Both the position numbers and the translations under genes were made by a program. A model generated the notes under the pieces. That model made no database searches, had not been told where the DNA came from, and was given only the letters and a program-made list of their open reading frames with translations. This document shows, piece by piece, positions 24,647-35,542 of a DNA stretch of 64,000 nucleotides. Position 1 is the stretch's first letter. Each line of letters begins with the position of its first letter. The stretch covers positions 99,509-163,508 of the forward strand of contig JBAYMG010000002.1 of the NCBI GenBank assembly GCA_041663665.1. The letters are read 5' to 3'. The stretch is from Candidatus Omnitrophota bacterium. GTDB taxonomy: Bacteria; Omnitrophota; Gorgyraeia; Gygaellales; Profunditerraquicolaceae.

Positions 24647-25329
24647 GTTGCCCTGAAATTATAGTTGCCCTGGATGTAGATACAATGGAAAGCGCTATAG
24701 ATCTTGTGGATAAGCTTTACCCTAAAATAAAGATTTTTAAAGTGGGCAGCCATCTCTTTACTGCTTATGGTCCTGAAATTATTAAAATGCTGCATAAGCG
24801 GGGAGCTCAAGTTTTTCTCGATCTTAAATATTTTGATATTCCTAATACCGTTGCTAGTGCGGTGGCGGCAGCAACGCGGCTTGGAGTAAAGATGCTTACT
24901 TTGCATATTTCCGGCGGCAAAGAAATGATTGAAATGGCGGTAAAAGCAGCAGATCTTCAAGCAAGAAATTTTAAAATAGCCCGTCCGCTATTGATCGGGG
25001 TTACAGTTTTAACCAGCAAGGCAGCTGGCGCAGGGGAAGTGGTTGCTTTGGCCAGGGAAGGGGTAGCTTGTAATTTAGATGGCGTAGTTTGTTCGGTACA
25101 TGAAGCAGCTATTCTCCGCGACGAAATAAAAAAAAATTTTATTATTGTTACCCCGGGGATAAGGGTGGATGACACTGTCAAGGATGATCAGAAAAGGACT
25201 GCTACGGTTGCTGAGGCAGTAAAAGCCGGAAGTAATTTTTTAGTTATCGGCAGGCCGATTATAAAAGCAGTTGACCCGTCAGCTAAAGCCGGACAACTTT
25301 TAGGAGATTTATATGGCGCAGGAAATTAA
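24634..25329 (+). CDS. pyrF: orotidine 5'-phosphate decarboxylase
   Basis: IVALDV...DLKYFDIPNT active-site region; 231 aa. Confidence 0.85.
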   Translation: MQGLSCPEIIVALDVDTMESAIDLVDKLYPKIKIFKVGSHLFTAYGPEIIKMLHKRGAQVFLDLKYFDIPNTVASAVAAATRLGVKMLTLHISGGKEMIEMAVKAADLQARNFKIARPLLIGVTVLTSKAAGAGEVVALAREGVACNLDGVVCSVHEAAILRDEIKKNFIIVTPGIRVDDTVKDDQKRTATVAEAVKAGSNFLVIGRPIIKAVDPSAKAGQLLGDLYGAGN

Positions 25330-25912
25330 GGATTTAATTACACAGATTCAGCAAGAAGGCATAAAGACAGCTGAAGAAAATGCGGCCCGGATAAAAGCCG
25401 AAGCAGATGCTCTTGCTCAAAAGATTATCGCGGACGCAAAAGTTCAGGCTAAGAAAATTATTGAACAAGCAAATGCTGAAACAAAAAAAATGGAAGATTC
25501 TGTCCAAGCCTCTTTAAAACAGGCCGGGAGAGATTTGCTGCTCAGTTTAAGAAAAGAGATTAATTTGATGTTAGATAGATTGGTTAAGGTGGGTGTAGGC
25601 CAAGCGTTGACTGCTGAAGAATTAGCTAAAATTATCCAGGCTTTAATTAAAAATGCCCCGCTTTCTTTAGGCTCAGAAATTATTGTTTCTTTAAATCAGC
25701 AGGACAAAGGAAAGATAGAGAAAGAATTTTTAGGCAAGCTTGTGCAAGAAACTAAAAAGCAAATAACTTTAAAATCTAGCGAGGGGGTTGAGGGGGGCTT
25801 CGTGATTAGTTTTGATAACGGTAAATCAATTTTTGATTTTAGTTCCGAGGCTTTAGCTGAGTATTTGTCCGGTTCTCAGAGGCCCGAACTAGCTAAGATT
25901 TTAAAATCCTAA
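25313..25912 (+). CDS. V-type ATPase subunit E
   Basis: 199 aa, N-terminal long Ala/Lys/Glu-rich helix, first gene of the ATPase operon. Confidence 0.7.
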   Translation: MAQEIKDLITQIQQEGIKTAEENAARIKAEADALAQKIIADAKVQAKKIIEQANAETKKMEDSVQASLKQAGRDLLLSLRKEINLMLDRLVKVGVGQALTAEELAKIIQALIKNAPLSLGSEIIVSLNQQDKGKIEKEFLGKLVQETKKQITLKSSEGVEGGFVISFDNGKSIFDFSSEALAEYLSGSQRPELAKILKS

Positions 25913-25918
25913 CTAAAA

Positions 25919-26449
25919 ATGGGCGCTTATTATACATATCTAATTTCCAGCTTACCAATACTTAATTTTTTAGTTAAACCTGCGTTTAGCTTAGAAGAAT
26001 TTTTTACTAAATGCCAAGCCCTGATTCCGGAAACAGAAATTAAACTCATGCGCAACGTTTGTTATCAAGAGGCCTATTTATTAGATCAGGCATTAAATAA
26101 TACGCTTGGCAAGTGGGCTAATTTTGAAATAGACTTAAGGAACGAGTTGGCTGTTGCTCGGGCCCATAGAAAAAAAATCGACCCTTTAAAATTTTTGCGG
26201 ATTACAAATTTATCGGAAGCACAGGTTGCGCATGTGGCCATGGCGGCTTATCGCAGCGCTTCAATATTGGAAGCAGAAAAAATTTTAGATTCAGCCAGAT
26301 GGAATTTTTTGGAGTTTTTAAGTTTAGGCCATTATTTTGATTTTGATTTTTTATTAATTTACGCATTGAAACTTAAAATTTTAGAACGTTGGGATAAAAT
26401 ACAAAAAGCGGATAAAGAAACGTTGTTTAACCAGGTAATCCTAAATTAA
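25919..26449 (+). CDS. hypothetical protein at the position between subunits E and A (DUF2764-like slot of Bacteroidota/Chlamydiota-type V-ATPase operons)
   Basis: 176 aa with no recognisable C/F/G subunit motifs. The gene order E-hyp-A-B-D-I-K matches that operon type, as best I recall it. Confidence 0.4.
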   Translation: MGAYYTYLISSLPILNFLVKPAFSLEEFFTKCQALIPETEIKLMRNVCYQEAYLLDQALNNTLGKWANFEIDLRNELAVARAHRKKIDPLKFLRITNLSEAQVAHVAMAAYRSASILEAEKILDSARWNFLEFLSLGHYFDFDFLLIYALKLKILERWDKIQKADKETLFNQVILN

Positions 26450-26451
26450 TT

Positions 26452-28191
26452 ATGAAAAATAATCGAACCGGGCGGGTAATAAAAGTAAATGCTAACATGG
26501 TTACTGTTCAGGTTGAAGGATTTATTATTCAAAATGAGGTGGCTTACGTTGTTGTTGGTACTGAACGCCTGAAGGCTGAAGTTATCCGTGTGCGTAAGGA
26601 TTGTGCAGAAATGCAGGTTTATGAAAGTACGCAAGGCTTAAGGGCCGGCGACCTTGTGGAATTTAGCGATGAACTTCTTTCCGTTGAACTCGGTCCAGGG
26701 TTATTGAGTCAGATTTTTGACGGGCTGCAGAATCCCTTGTCGGAACTAGCGCAGAAGTGCGGATTTTTTCTTAAACGCGGTGTATACCTGGAAGCATTGA
26801 ATACTAGCATAGAGTGGGATTTTACTCCTTTAGTTAAACCCGGGGACAAGGTGTTAGCTGGCAGCTGGCTGGGAGCTGTCCCTGAGAAAATCTTTAAACA
26901 TTATATTATGGCGCCTTTTGTGCTCAGTGGTACTCTGGAAGTAACCAACATCGCCCAGGCCGGCCGATATAATTTAAAGCAAGTAATTGCTCAACTTAAA
27001 GATGTTAACGGGCATGTCCATGATGTTTTTTTGCAACAGAGCTGGCCGGTAAAAATACCGATTAGTGCTTATGCCGAAAAATTAAGGCCGCATGAACCGT
27101 TGGTTACTAAGATGCGTTTAATCGATTCACTTTTTCCAATTAGCCGTGGAGGAACCTATTGTATTCCTGGGCCGTTTGGCGCAGGTAAAACCGTTTTACA
27201 GCAGTTAAACAGCCGTCATGCAGAAGTAGATATTGTAATTATTGCCGCCTGTGGAGAACGAGCCGGAGAGGTTGTTGAAACATTAAAAACATTCCCTGAA
27301 ATTGTTGATCCGCGCACAAATAAACCGTTGATTGACCGCACGGTAATTATTTGTAACACAAGTTCAATGCCGGTGGCTGCCCGCGAATCTAGTGTTTATA
27401 CCGCAGTAACCATTGCGGAATATTACCGGCAGATGGGCTTAAATGTTTTGTTATTGGCCGACTCAACTTCGCGTTGGGCTCAAGCTATGCGTGAAATGAG
27501 CGGCCGCCTGGAAGAAATTCCCGGAGAAGAAGCTTTTCCAGCATATCTTGAATCACGGATTGCTTCTTTTTATGAGCGCGCAGGCGTAGTTAGGCTTTAT
27601 GGCGGTGCTTATGGTTCGGTAACTATTGGCGGTACAGTCAGCCCTGCCGGAGGAAATTTTGAGGAACCGGTAACTCAGGCAACGCTTAAAGTAGTCGGTG
27701 CTTTTCATGGGCTTTCCCGCGAGCGCTCCGATGCCCGGAAATATCCGGCGATAGATCCTTTAATTAGCTGGAGTAAGTATAAAAGTTTCGTTAAAGTAGA
27801 AAATCAGGAAAAAGGCCAGGCTATTTTACGGCGTAGCCATGAAATTGCGCAGATGATGAAGGTTATCGGCGAAGAGGGTACTTCGTTAGATGATTATATC
27901 CAGTATTTAAAGGGTGATTTTTTTGATTTTGTTTATCTGCAGCAGAATGCCTTTGATGCGGTTGATGAAGCAGCGCCTAAAGAAAGGCAGATTTATTTAT
28001 TAGAGTTTATTTGTAAGATCTTGGATTCAGAATACAAATTAGATGATAAAGCAACAGCCTTACATTTCTTTCAAACTTTGCGCCAGCTTATGCGTACCTG
28101 GAATAGCGCAGAGTATAACGGCAGTGAGTTTAAAAAAATAGAAGAACAGATAAGATTATTTTTAGAAGAGAAAAAGATTAAAGGACAATAA
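26452..28191 (+). CDS. V-type ATPase catalytic subunit A
   Basis: Walker A GPFGAGKT; 579 aa. Confidence 0.95.
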   Translation: MKNNRTGRVIKVNANMVTVQVEGFIIQNEVAYVVVGTERLKAEVIRVRKDCAEMQVYESTQGLRAGDLVEFSDELLSVELGPGLLSQIFDGLQNPLSELAQKCGFFLKRGVYLEALNTSIEWDFTPLVKPGDKVLAGSWLGAVPEKIFKHYIMAPFVLSGTLEVTNIAQAGRYNLKQVIAQLKDVNGHVHDVFLQQSWPVKIPISAYAEKLRPHEPLVTKMRLIDSLFPISRGGTYCIPGPFGAGKTVLQQLNSRHAEVDIVIIAACGERAGEVVETLKTFPEIVDPRTNKPLIDRTVIICNTSSMPVAARESSVYTAVTIAEYYRQMGLNVLLLADSTSRWAQAMREMSGRLEEIPGEEAFPAYLESRIASFYERAGVVRLYGGAYGSVTIGGTVSPAGGNFEEPVTQATLKVVGAFHGLSRERSDARKYPAIDPLISWSKYKSFVKVENQEKGQAILRRSHEIAQMMKVIGEEGTSLDDYIQYLKGDFFDFVYLQQNAFDAVDEAAPKERQIYLLEFICKILDSEYKLDDKATALHFFQTLRQLMRTWNSAEYNGSEFKKIEEQIRLFLEEKKIKGQ

Positions 28192-29486
28192 TGCAAAAAG
28201 CCTATACTAATATTATTCAAATAGCTGGGGATGTTATTACGGTGGAAGCCGAAGGCGTAGGGTATCTGGATATTGCTCAGATAACAAGCAGCCGGGGAAT
28301 GTCTTTGGCCCAGGTTATCCGGATTGATGCTAAAAAAGTGTCCTTGCAGGTTTTCTCGGGCAGTCGCGGCATATCTACTGGGGACAGGGTTAGGTTTTTG
28401 GGCCATCCCATGCGAGTTGCCACCGGAGAAAATTTATTAGGCCGTATATTTAATGGCAGCGGGGTTCCTTTGGATCACGGCCCGCTGCTTTCGGAAAACT
28501 TAATTGATATCGGAGCTCCTTCCGTAAATCCAATTAAAAGAATTGTGCCTAACAAAATGATTCGGATTGGTATTCCGATGATCGACGTCTTTAATTCTTT
28601 AGTCGAGTCGCAAAAGCTTCCTATTTTTTCGATTGCCGGTGAGCCTTATAATGAATTGTTGGCACGCATTGCTGTTCAGGCAGAAGTAGATATTATTATT
28701 TTAGGAGGCATGGGTTTAAAGCATGACGACTATCTTTTTTTCCGTGAAACCTTAAGTGCGCACGGCGCGCTTTCCCGTTGTATATTTTTTGTACATACTG
28801 CATCTGACCCTACGGTTGAGTGTCTGCTTGTCCCGGATATTAGCTTGGCAGTAGCTGAAGATTTTGCTTTAAAAGGTAAAAGAGTCCTGGTTTTATTGAC
28901 TGATATGACTAATTTTGCCGATTCATTGAAAGAAGTTTCTATCACCATGGAGCAGGTCCCTTCTAACCGTGGATATCCCGGGGATCTTTATAGTCAATTA
29001 GCTGCCCGGTATGAAAAGGCGGTTGATTTCCAGGGCGCCGGATCAATTACGATTCTGGCAGCTACGACTATGCCGGGTGATGATGTTACTCATCCTGTTC
29101 CGGATAATACTGGCTACATTACCGAAGGCCAACTTTATTTAAAAAATGGAGTAATTGAACCCTTTGGTTCTTTAAGCCGTTTAAAACAGCAGGTCAATGG
29201 TAAATCCCGGGCTGACCACCGCACGATTATGGATACCATGATTCAGCTGTTTGCTAATTACCGCGAGACCTTGGAAAAGCAATCCATGGGATTTCAAATG
29301 AGCGATTGGGATAAAAAATTACTTAAATATGGCGCTCTATTCGAAGAAAACATGATGTCGCTTAAAGTAAATATTTCGCTAGAGAAGGCCCTGGATTTAG
29401 GCTGGCAAATTTTAGCCAGTTGTTTTACTCCGGAAGAAACCGGGATAAAGCTTTCGATCGTTGAAAAATTCTGGCCTAAAAAATAA
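28191..29486 (+). CDS. V-type ATPase subunit B
   Basis: 431 aa, non-catalytic nucleotide-binding fold, translationally coupled to subunit A. Confidence 0.95.
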   Translation: MQKAYTNIIQIAGDVITVEAEGVGYLDIAQITSSRGMSLAQVIRIDAKKVSLQVFSGSRGISTGDRVRFLGHPMRVATGENLLGRIFNGSGVPLDHGPLLSENLIDIGAPSVNPIKRIVPNKMIRIGIPMIDVFNSLVESQKLPIFSIAGEPYNELLARIAVQAEVDIIILGGMGLKHDDYLFFRETLSAHGALSRCIFFVHTASDPTVECLLVPDISLAVAEDFALKGKRVLVLLTDMTNFADSLKEVSITMEQVPSNRGYPGDLYSQLAARYEKAVDFQGAGSITILAATTMPGDDVTHPVPDNTGYITEGQLYLKNGVIEPFGSLSRLKQQVNGKSRADHRTIMDTMIQLFANYRETLEKQSMGFQMSDWDKKLLKYGALFEENMMSLKVNISLEKALDLGWQILASCFTPEETGIKLSIVEKFWPKK

Positions 29487-30103
29487 TGGCAAAAATAAAG
29501 TTTACCAAGGGTGAATTAAAAAGGCAGCGTGATGATTTAAAACAATTCCAGCGTTACCTTCCAACCTTACAATTAAAAAAGCAGCAACTGCAGCTGGAAA
29601 TTTTACAGCAAAATTCAGCCCTTCAAAATAATCAACAATCTTTAATTAAACAAAGGCAGGCAATTGATCTTTGGTCAGGCTTGCTTGCCGACCCGCAAGT
29701 GGAATTAAAGGCATTTTTAAAGCCTAAAAAAATAATTACCCACCTCAAAAATATCGCCGGCATTGATATTCCGGTATTTGATTTAGTAGAATTCGAAGAA
29801 ATAGAATATGATTTATTTGTTATGCCATTGTGGTTAGATTTGGCAACTGAAGTTTTTAAAGAAGTTATTGTTTTAAATACGGCAATTTCATTGATCCAGG
29901 AAAGTATTTCTATTTTGCGCCAGGAACTGCGGATTACTACGCAGAGGGTAAATCTTTTTGAGAAAGTAAAAATACCTGCGGCAGAAAAAAACATCCGTTT
30001 AATTAAGATTTCGATTGGAGACCAAATGGCGAATTCCGTAGGCCGCTGTAAAATTGCTAAAAGAAAAATCGAAGAATTCATTCTGGAAGAGGCGATAGCA
30101 TGA
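29486..30103 (+). CDS. V-type ATPase subunit D
   Basis: 205 aa coiled-coil central stalk protein. Confidence 0.8.
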   Translation: MAKIKFTKGELKRQRDDLKQFQRYLPTLQLKKQQLQLEILQQNSALQNNQQSLIKQRQAIDLWSGLLADPQVELKAFLKPKKIITHLKNIAGIDIPVFDLVEFEEIEYDLFVMPLWLDLATEVFKEVIVLNTAISLIQESISILRQELRITTQRVNLFEKVKIPAAEKNIRLIKISIGDQMANSVGRCKIAKRKIEEFILEEAIA

Positions 30104-31878
30104 TTGTTCCGATGAAAAAAGTTTTTTTACTTATCCAGCAGGCTAGAGGCCCAGCTGTCCTAGAGCGCTTACGCCAGCTTGGAGTAGTGCATGTTGAACA
30201 TGAAAATGTTCCGCAAGGTACAGAGCTTAATGAAATTAATGAAAAATTGAATTTAATTGAAAACACGCGTTCTATTTTATCAGCATTAAGCCAGGAGCAT
30301 TTGCTTAAGCCGCTAGTTTATAAATCAGAGGATTGGATGGTGGTTTGCCGGCACGTAATTGCTTTGCAGAAAAAATATGATCAACTTAAAGAATATGCTG
30401 TTTCCTTGGGGCTGATAATTGATTTCTGGGAGGATTGGGGTGATTTCGATCCGGAGCAGGTAAAGGCCCTGCAGCGAAAGAATATCCGGATAAAGTTGTA
30501 TCAAATTCCTAAAACTAAAATTAAAGGTTTACCGCAGGGCATAATTCTAAAAGAAATTTTTCAGGAAGGCCAATTGGCCAATTGTTTAGTGATAAGTACC
30601 GGGGATATTGAGCTTGGTTTTAAGGAAATAGAGCTGCCCAAATCATCATTATCCCAAATGAAGCGCCGGCTCTCAGAAGATGCTAAAATTATGCAGGAGA
30701 TAAGAGTGGAAATTGCCGGTCATCTTGTTTTTCAAAAAGAGCTTGTCGAAGTGGAAAGGTCTTTTTTAAGCCAGAAAGATTTTTATACTGTTTTAAGGGG
30801 GATGGGGAAGGTTGATCAACTTATTTATTTAAAAGGGTATATACCAGTTGATGCTGAAGCGGAATTAATTAAACAATCTAAGATAAATAGTTGGGGTATT
30901 TTGACGCTTGACCCGGGTTCAGATGATGCTGTGCCGACTTTAACGCGTAATCCGGCTTGGGTTGCGCTGATAAAGCCATTATTAAAATTACTTGAGCTTG
31001 TTCCGGGTTATAACGAAATTGATATTAATCCTGTTTTTATTGTTTTTTTTAGCCTTTTTTTTGGCATTCTCATCGGGGATGCCGGGTATGGCCTGGTTTA
31101 TTTTTTACTTAACTTTTGGTTATATAAGAAAATTGGGCATAAAACAAAAGATAAAAGCGCATTTTTTCTCTTTTACATCTTAAGTTTTTGCGCTATTATA
31201 TGGGGATTATTGACGGGAACTTTTTTTGGCCAGGAATGGTTGTTAAAAATAGGGATAAAGCCTTTACTGCCGGCATTAACTAATACGGTTTTTATCCAGG
31301 CTCTATGTTTTTTTATCGGGGCAGTGCATTTATCCCTGGCTCATGGCTGGAGGGCAATACTCAAAGCCCCGGCATTAACGGCGTTGGCAGATTTGGGTTG
31401 GATTTGCGTTATCTGGGCAGTATTTTTTCTTGCTAAAAACCTGATTTTGGGTGATAGTTTTCCGTCGTTTGGAAGTTGGTTAATTATTGCCGGCTTAGTG
31501 CTAGTTTTATTTTTTACAAATCCTCAAAAAAATATATTTAAAACTATCGGCGAGGGGCTGGGGGCAATTGCGTTAAGTTTAGTTAATAATTTTACGGATG
31601 TAGTTTCTTATATACGTTTGTTTGCCGTGGGTTTAGCCGGCGTAGCTATCGCGGATGCTTTTAATGCTATGGCCGCCGGAGTAGTTAAAAAGGGCGATTT
31701 TTTAACGTTCATCGCAGCCGCATTGATTGTTGTTTTTGGGCATGCGCTTAATATCATTCTTGGGCCAATGTCGGTTCTAGTCCATGGAGTAAGGTTGAAT
31801 GTCCTTGAGTTTTGTGGCCATGCTAATGTTACTTGGTCAGGTTTTGTTTACAAACCGTTTTCCAACGAAGAGCAATGA
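30100..31878 (+). CDS. V-type ATPase subunit I (a-subunit)
   Basis: 592 aa with a hydrophilic N-terminal half and a C-terminal multi-TM domain. Confidence 0.85.
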   Translation: MIVPMKKVFLLIQQARGPAVLERLRQLGVVHVEHENVPQGTELNEINEKLNLIENTRSILSALSQEHLLKPLVYKSEDWMVVCRHVIALQKKYDQLKEYAVSLGLIIDFWEDWGDFDPEQVKALQRKNIRIKLYQIPKTKIKGLPQGIILKEIFQEGQLANCLVISTGDIELGFKEIELPKSSLSQMKRRLSEDAKIMQEIRVEIAGHLVFQKELVEVERSFLSQKDFYTVLRGMGKVDQLIYLKGYIPVDAEAELIKQSKINSWGILTLDPGSDDAVPTLTRNPAWVALIKPLLKLLELVPGYNEIDINPVFIVFFSLFFGILIGDAGYGLVYFLLNFWLYKKIGHKTKDKSAFFLFYILSFCAIIWGLLTGTFFGQEWLLKIGIKPLLPALTNTVFIQALCFFIGAVHLSLAHGWRAILKAPALTALADLGWICVIWAVFFLAKNLILGDSFPSFGSWLIIAGLVLVLFFTNPQKNIFKTIGEGLGAIALSLVNNFTDVVSYIRLFAVGLAGVAIADAFNAMAAGVVKKGDFLTFIAAALIVVFGHALNIILGPMSVLVHGVRLNVLEFCGHANVTWSGFVYKPFSNEEQ

Positions 31879-31897
31879 TTAACTAGGGAGAGAAAAT

Positions 31898-32356
31898 ATG
31901 GAAACTGGAGTTTTGTTTCAATTTAAAGATTTAGGAGCAATTTTGGTTCTAGCTTTGTCTGCTTGTGGTTCAGCAGCAGGCGCAGGAGCTGCCGGTATGG
32001 CAGCTATTGGTGCTTGGAAGAAAAATTTTAGTCAAAATAAGAATGCATCCTTTTTGCTTGTTGCCTTGGTCGGTGCGCCTTTAACTCAGACGATTTATGG
32101 AAATATTGTTATGACTAAAATGATTGAATTAGCTAATAAAGGGCAATATCTTTGGGGTGTTGGTGCTTTTGCCGGGCTAGCTATCGGGCTGTCAGCGTAT
32201 TTTCAGGGTAAATGTGCTGCCTGCGCCTGCGATGCGATGGGGGAAACCGGTAAGGGGTTTGGAAATTATTTAGCGGTTTTAGGCATCACTGAAACCGTTG
32301 CACTTTTTGTCATGGTTTTTACCTTAATTGTTTTAGGGAAGATTTCCGGCGTATAA
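31898..32356 (+). CDS. V-type ATPase proteolipid subunit K
   Basis: 152 aa, Gly/Ala-rich TM hairpins, conserved Glu in the last helix (ITETVALFVMVF). Confidence 0.8.
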   Translation: METGVLFQFKDLGAILVLALSACGSAAGAGAAGMAAIGAWKKNFSQNKNASFLLVALVGAPLTQTIYGNIVMTKMIELANKGQYLWGVGAFAGLAIGLSAYFQGKCAACACDAMGETGKGFGNYLAVLGITETVALFVMVFTLIVLGKISGV

Positions 32357-32361
32357 CTTTT

Positions 32362-32438
32362 GGGCGATTAGCTCAGCTGGTTAGAGCATCTGCTTTACAC
32401 GCAGAGGGTCAGGGGTTCAAGTCCTCTATCGCCCACCA
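32362..32438 (+). tRNA. tRNA-Val (anticodon TAC), CCA encoded
   Basis: Acceptor GGGCGAT/ATCGCCC, D-arm GCTCAGCTGGTTAGAGC, anticodon loop TTTACAC, T-arm GGTTCAAGTCC. Confidence 0.85.
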
Positions 32439-32580
32439 TTTGTTTAGATAAATACCTGTTGCAAAGATTAGGTTTTAGGGTATATTAGATAACTTAGATC
32501 CCCACAAAAAAACCGTGAGGATTAAATTCACACAGCAACTTATGTTTTTTTATTTCATAAGTTGTGCATTCATTAAATTT

Positions 32581-32659
32581 GGGGTCGTAGCTTAGCCTGG
32601 CTTAAAGCGTCTCCCTGTCACGGAGAAGACCGCGAGTCCGAATCTCGTCGGCCCCGCCA
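32581..32659 (+). tRNA. tRNA-Asp (anticodon GTC), CCA encoded
   Basis: Acceptor GGGGTCG/CGGCCCC with one G-U pair. Anticodon loop CTGTCAC. T-arm TCCGAATC. Confidence 0.85.
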
Positions 32660-32667
32660 ATTAGAAA

Positions 32668-32719
32668 CAAAAAATCGGCCTCTATTTCTTAAATTAAATA
32701 AGAGATAGGGGCCGATTTT
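32668..32719. terminator. bidirectional intrinsic terminator
   Basis: AAATCGGCCTCTATTTCTTA / TAAGAGATAGGGGCCGATTT inverted repeat flanked by A/T runs. Lies between the tRNAs (+) and the pilin operon (-). Confidence 0.6.
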
Positions 32720-33148
32720 TTAATACATAATTACACCAGCTTGATTCATTTCTTTAGTTTCTTTCGGGGTGGGGCGTTTGCCTATCTTTGTAATTCCGGC
32801 TGGCATGTTCTTTTCTATCGTTAAGCTTGAGTCAGGTGTTAAGTTAACTTTAGCATTAGCCTCAGGGGTTTTTTCCAAGCCTTGATCATTTTGAACAGGA
32901 GGCAGTTGGTCTCCTGTGTTTTTTGAAGGGGCATTAATTACAATAACCCCGCTCTTAATTACAAGAGGTTGCGGAGTTGTGGCCAATGGCGGAAGTGGCG
33001 CTGGCGAATAATTTTCTGTCGGTGTGCTTTTTGTAGGCTCGTTTGGTAATAACTGAGGATTGATATTGCCGGTTCGAGTAAGTAGTGTGCTAATAAATAT
33101 TATTCCTATAAGCAATGTTGATAAAATAATCAGCCATTTGATTTTCAT
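32720..33148 (-). CDS. Pro-rich membrane-anchored protein, last gene of the minor-pilin operon
   Basis: Start placed at MKIKWLIIL (ATG 33148-33146) with a GGGAGA RBS, 1 nt after the upstream stop. One N-terminal TM then a PTKSTPTENYSPAPLPPLATTPQP segment. Confidence 0.5.
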   Translation of the reverse strand: MKIKWLIILSTLLIGIIFISTLLTRTGNINPQLLPNEPTKSTPTENYSPAPLPPLATTPQPLVIKSGVIVINAPSKNTGDQLPPVQNDQGLEKTPEANAKVNLTPDSSLTIEKNMPAGITKIGKRPTPKETKEMNQAGVIMY

Positions 33149-33149
33149 T

Positions 33150-34454
33150 TTAGTTCTCCCAGGATAATGTAATGTAGTCTCCGGTAGTTGGGACAAACGG
33201 AGGCGGAGAGTTTAATAAACGCGTGTCATAATCGTAGTTTTTAGAATAACCAGATACCCTGGTTGTTCCGCTAAAGGTTCCTACTGGCCCGCGTTGGCTT
33301 TGAATTATTCCCCCAAAAACAGTAAGAGCTCCTTTTGCCGGGCCCAGCCACCAGTTGGATAACATAAACGAAGTATTTAGCGCCATAATTGAGGCATCTA
33401 TTTCTAAGTTATATGGTGAATTTTGGTTGATTACTACATCCCTTTCTGAGATAAGGCCAAGGGTATCAGTTGATGCCGGATTTATACGGGGGTTGTTGGA
33501 ATAAATTATATTGTTAGGGACAATAATGTCACTGCTTGAGCCGGCAGTCAGCCTTCCTTTAAGTGTGCCGGAAATAGTCAGGCTGCCGTTGTCAACAAAA
33601 AGCGCACCATTGGCAGGTAAAGCCGTGTTGTAATTGTTCCATCCTTTACCGGCATTAGTGACATTCATTGTGCCGTTTGAATTTAAGACAATCGTTGAAT
33701 TGCCGGTAAGCCTTAATCCTCCGGCACCGGTTGAGGCGCTGCGTAAACTTAAAGCTTGCGTAGGCATATTAGTTTGATTTGTCCCTAAGGTGACTGTGCT
33801 TTTAAAGTCAGGTAGATCGTGGGGAGAGTTGCTTAGGTTTGAAGAATTAATATTATTTCCATTATTATAATACCGGATATAATTATCCACAGAGCGGACA
33901 TCGCCGTCAAATATCGGATTCCCTTTAATATTAAAGTGCCCGTTGGTGTGCGTTGGCCCATTTAAATGGTCCTGGTCCCAGAACCAAACATTTGTTCCGC
34001 CGTAACTTTCGCTATTAGTAAACCAAATGTACCGGGCATAATTATCCGTTTGTAAATAATTAGTTAATGTTTGGGTTATTCCGCCTACTGCGCCGATAGA
34101 AGTTATGCGGTATCTTTTTACGCTCGGGGATCCGTTGGGAGATCCCAGGTCGGTGATTGTAACGCTGTAACTGCCGATAGCCGGATTACCAAGATTCTGT
34201 GGTCCGCCCCAAGGGTTGCTTGAGCTTCCCGGAGGAGTTGCTTGAGATCTTATCCAGATTAGTGCTCGGTCAAGCCCGGCTTCAGCAATACCTGTTGCCT
34301 GAGCCTGCCGCTTAAAAGTATTGGTAGTTTTATTTTGAGAGTTACTTATTTCGACGATAAATCCCGAAAAGGCAAGTAGTATGGTTATTGCCATATAGGT
34401 AGCAATAAGCGCAAAGCCCTTTTCGTTGCGGATTATTTTAAAGGACTTAATCAC
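33150..34454 (-). CDS. PilX-N-like minor pilin / pilus tip protein with a large repeat-rich C-terminal domain
   Basis: N-terminal KGFALIATYMAITILLAF pseudopilin-like helix. 434 aa with Gly/Asn/Thr-rich repeats suggestive of a beta-helical adhesin-like domain. Confidence 0.55.
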   Translation of the reverse strand: MIKSFKIIRNEKGFALIATYMAITILLAFSGFIVEISNSQNKTTNTFKRQAQATGIAEAGLDRALIWIRSQATPPGSSSNPWGGPQNLGNPAIGSYSVTITDLGSPNGSPSVKRYRITSIGAVGGITQTLTNYLQTDNYARYIWFTNSESYGGTNVWFWDQDHLNGPTHTNGHFNIKGNPIFDGDVRSVDNYIRYYNNGNNINSSNLSNSPHDLPDFKSTVTLGTNQTNMPTQALSLRSASTGAGGLRLTGNSTIVLNSNGTMNVTNAGKGWNNYNTALPANGALFVDNGSLTISGTLKGRLTAGSSSDIIVPNNIIYSNNPRINPASTDTLGLISERDVVINQNSPYNLEIDASIMALNTSFMLSNWWLGPAKGALTVFGGIIQSQRGPVGTFSGTTRVSGYSKNYDYDTRLLNSPPPFVPTTGDYITLSWEN

Positions 34455-34455
34455 G

Positions 34456-34971
34456 TTAATTCCTCATTTTTAATATGGCCTGTTCTGTGTCTTGCCAGTT
34501 TCCCGTGCTGTTTATTTTTCCGGCAGTTAGATCAATTTGAATAATATTGTCTTCGCCACTGGGCCGGCTAAATCGTAACGTAGTAATATTCGGGGAAATA
34601 ATTGAAGTTACCGGGCCTTGAGTGCGTATAAGCTGATTGGCGTTATTAACTGAGTAGGTAATGTTGCCAGACCATTCGATATTGCCAATTGTGTCTACAA
34701 CTATTCCATCGCTATTGTTATCAAAGGGCACTTGGAAGGTAAGGGAGTTACTGTTTGTGCCGGAGGCTAAGTTTGTTTTTGAGGGAGAGGTTTCCCGTAA
34801 GTCCCGGGTCATCGACATAATTGAAAATAATAGGTTTTGACGCAGTTGAGTCGGAGTGTCGCTGGTGAACAGTGAATTTTTTCCAGCAACCATAGCCAGG
34901 CCGATGGCAATCATAATGATTGAAAATATTAATGTCGAAACCAGGATTTCGATTAAGGTTAAGCCTTTCAT
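34456..34971 (-). CDS. type IV pilin-like (prepilin N-terminal methylation motif) minor pilin
   Basis: MKGLTLIEILVSTLIFSIIMIAIG matches G|(F/L)TLIE with Glu at +5. Confidence 0.75.
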   Translation of the reverse strand: MKGLTLIEILVSTLIFSIIMIAIGLAMVAGKNSLFTSDTPTQLRQNLLFSIMSMTRDLRETSPSKTNLASGTNSNSLTFQVPFDNNSDGIVVDTIGNIEWSGNITYSVNNANQLIRTQGPVTSIISPNITTLRFSRPSGEDNIIQIDLTAGKINSTGNWQDTEQAILKMRN

Positions 34972-34974
34972 TTT

Positions 34975-35421
34975 TTAACGATTAGCCACTTGGGTGACTA
35001 ATTTTACAGTTGAATCAATAATTCCATTTCCGTTAGTATCTTCTCCGGAGTCAAGTGTTCCGCTAAGATTTAAATCTTCGCCGATTATTCGATTATTTTG
35101 CTTCCAGCAGATACTAACTGTCGCCAGTAGAAACTCCGGATTTGAATCATCAATGTAGATTGTGCCCATACTATTAGTGATACCATTAACAGTAAAATTA
35201 AGCCGGTTAAAATTAGCCATAATTTGCGGAAAAGGAGTACTGCGAATTTCTTCGATTTGCCCCTGGGCTGCGCTGGTAGCGATACTTACATTTTTTGAAA
35301 TTCTGATTGAATCCATGCAGGCAATATAAGTTAACAATATGCCGCAAAGTGCAAATGAAGCGATTAATGCCGCTAAAAGTATTTCCGGTAAAGCAAAACC
35401 TTCTCTAGATTTCAAGTTCAT
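34975..35421 (-). CDS. type IV pseudopilin-like protein
   Basis: REGFALPEILLAALIASFAL is a divergent prepilin leader with a conserved Glu; 148 aa. Confidence 0.6.
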   Translation of the reverse strand: MNLKSREGFALPEILLAALIASFALCGILLTYIACMDSIRISKNVSIATSAAQGQIEEIRSTPFPQIMANFNRLNFTVNGITNSMGTIYIDDSNPEFLLATVSICWKQNNRIIGEDLNLSGTLDSGEDTNGNGIIDSTVKLVTQVANR

Positions 35422-35542
35422 TGCGGGCCTATTTTTTAAAAAGATAATTTTTTACTAATTCCATTTAAAGTATACATCAAAATATACATAAATTCACCTA
35501 CTTTATCTTGAGTTTTTCTGTTCCCGATGATATTATAGAAAA

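Noticed and set aside
25919-26449. Calling the 176-aa ORF V-ATPase subunit C or F
   Set aside because: The length and sequence do not match C (about 320 aa) or F (about 100 aa). It is left as a hypothetical with only a positional analogy.
32440-32580. Structured element between tRNA-Val and tRNA-Asp (9-bp stem CAACTTATG/CATAAGTTG)
   Set aside because: It is a single hairpin with a T-rich loop and no conserved ncRNA features. It is most likely a tRNA-processing spacer.
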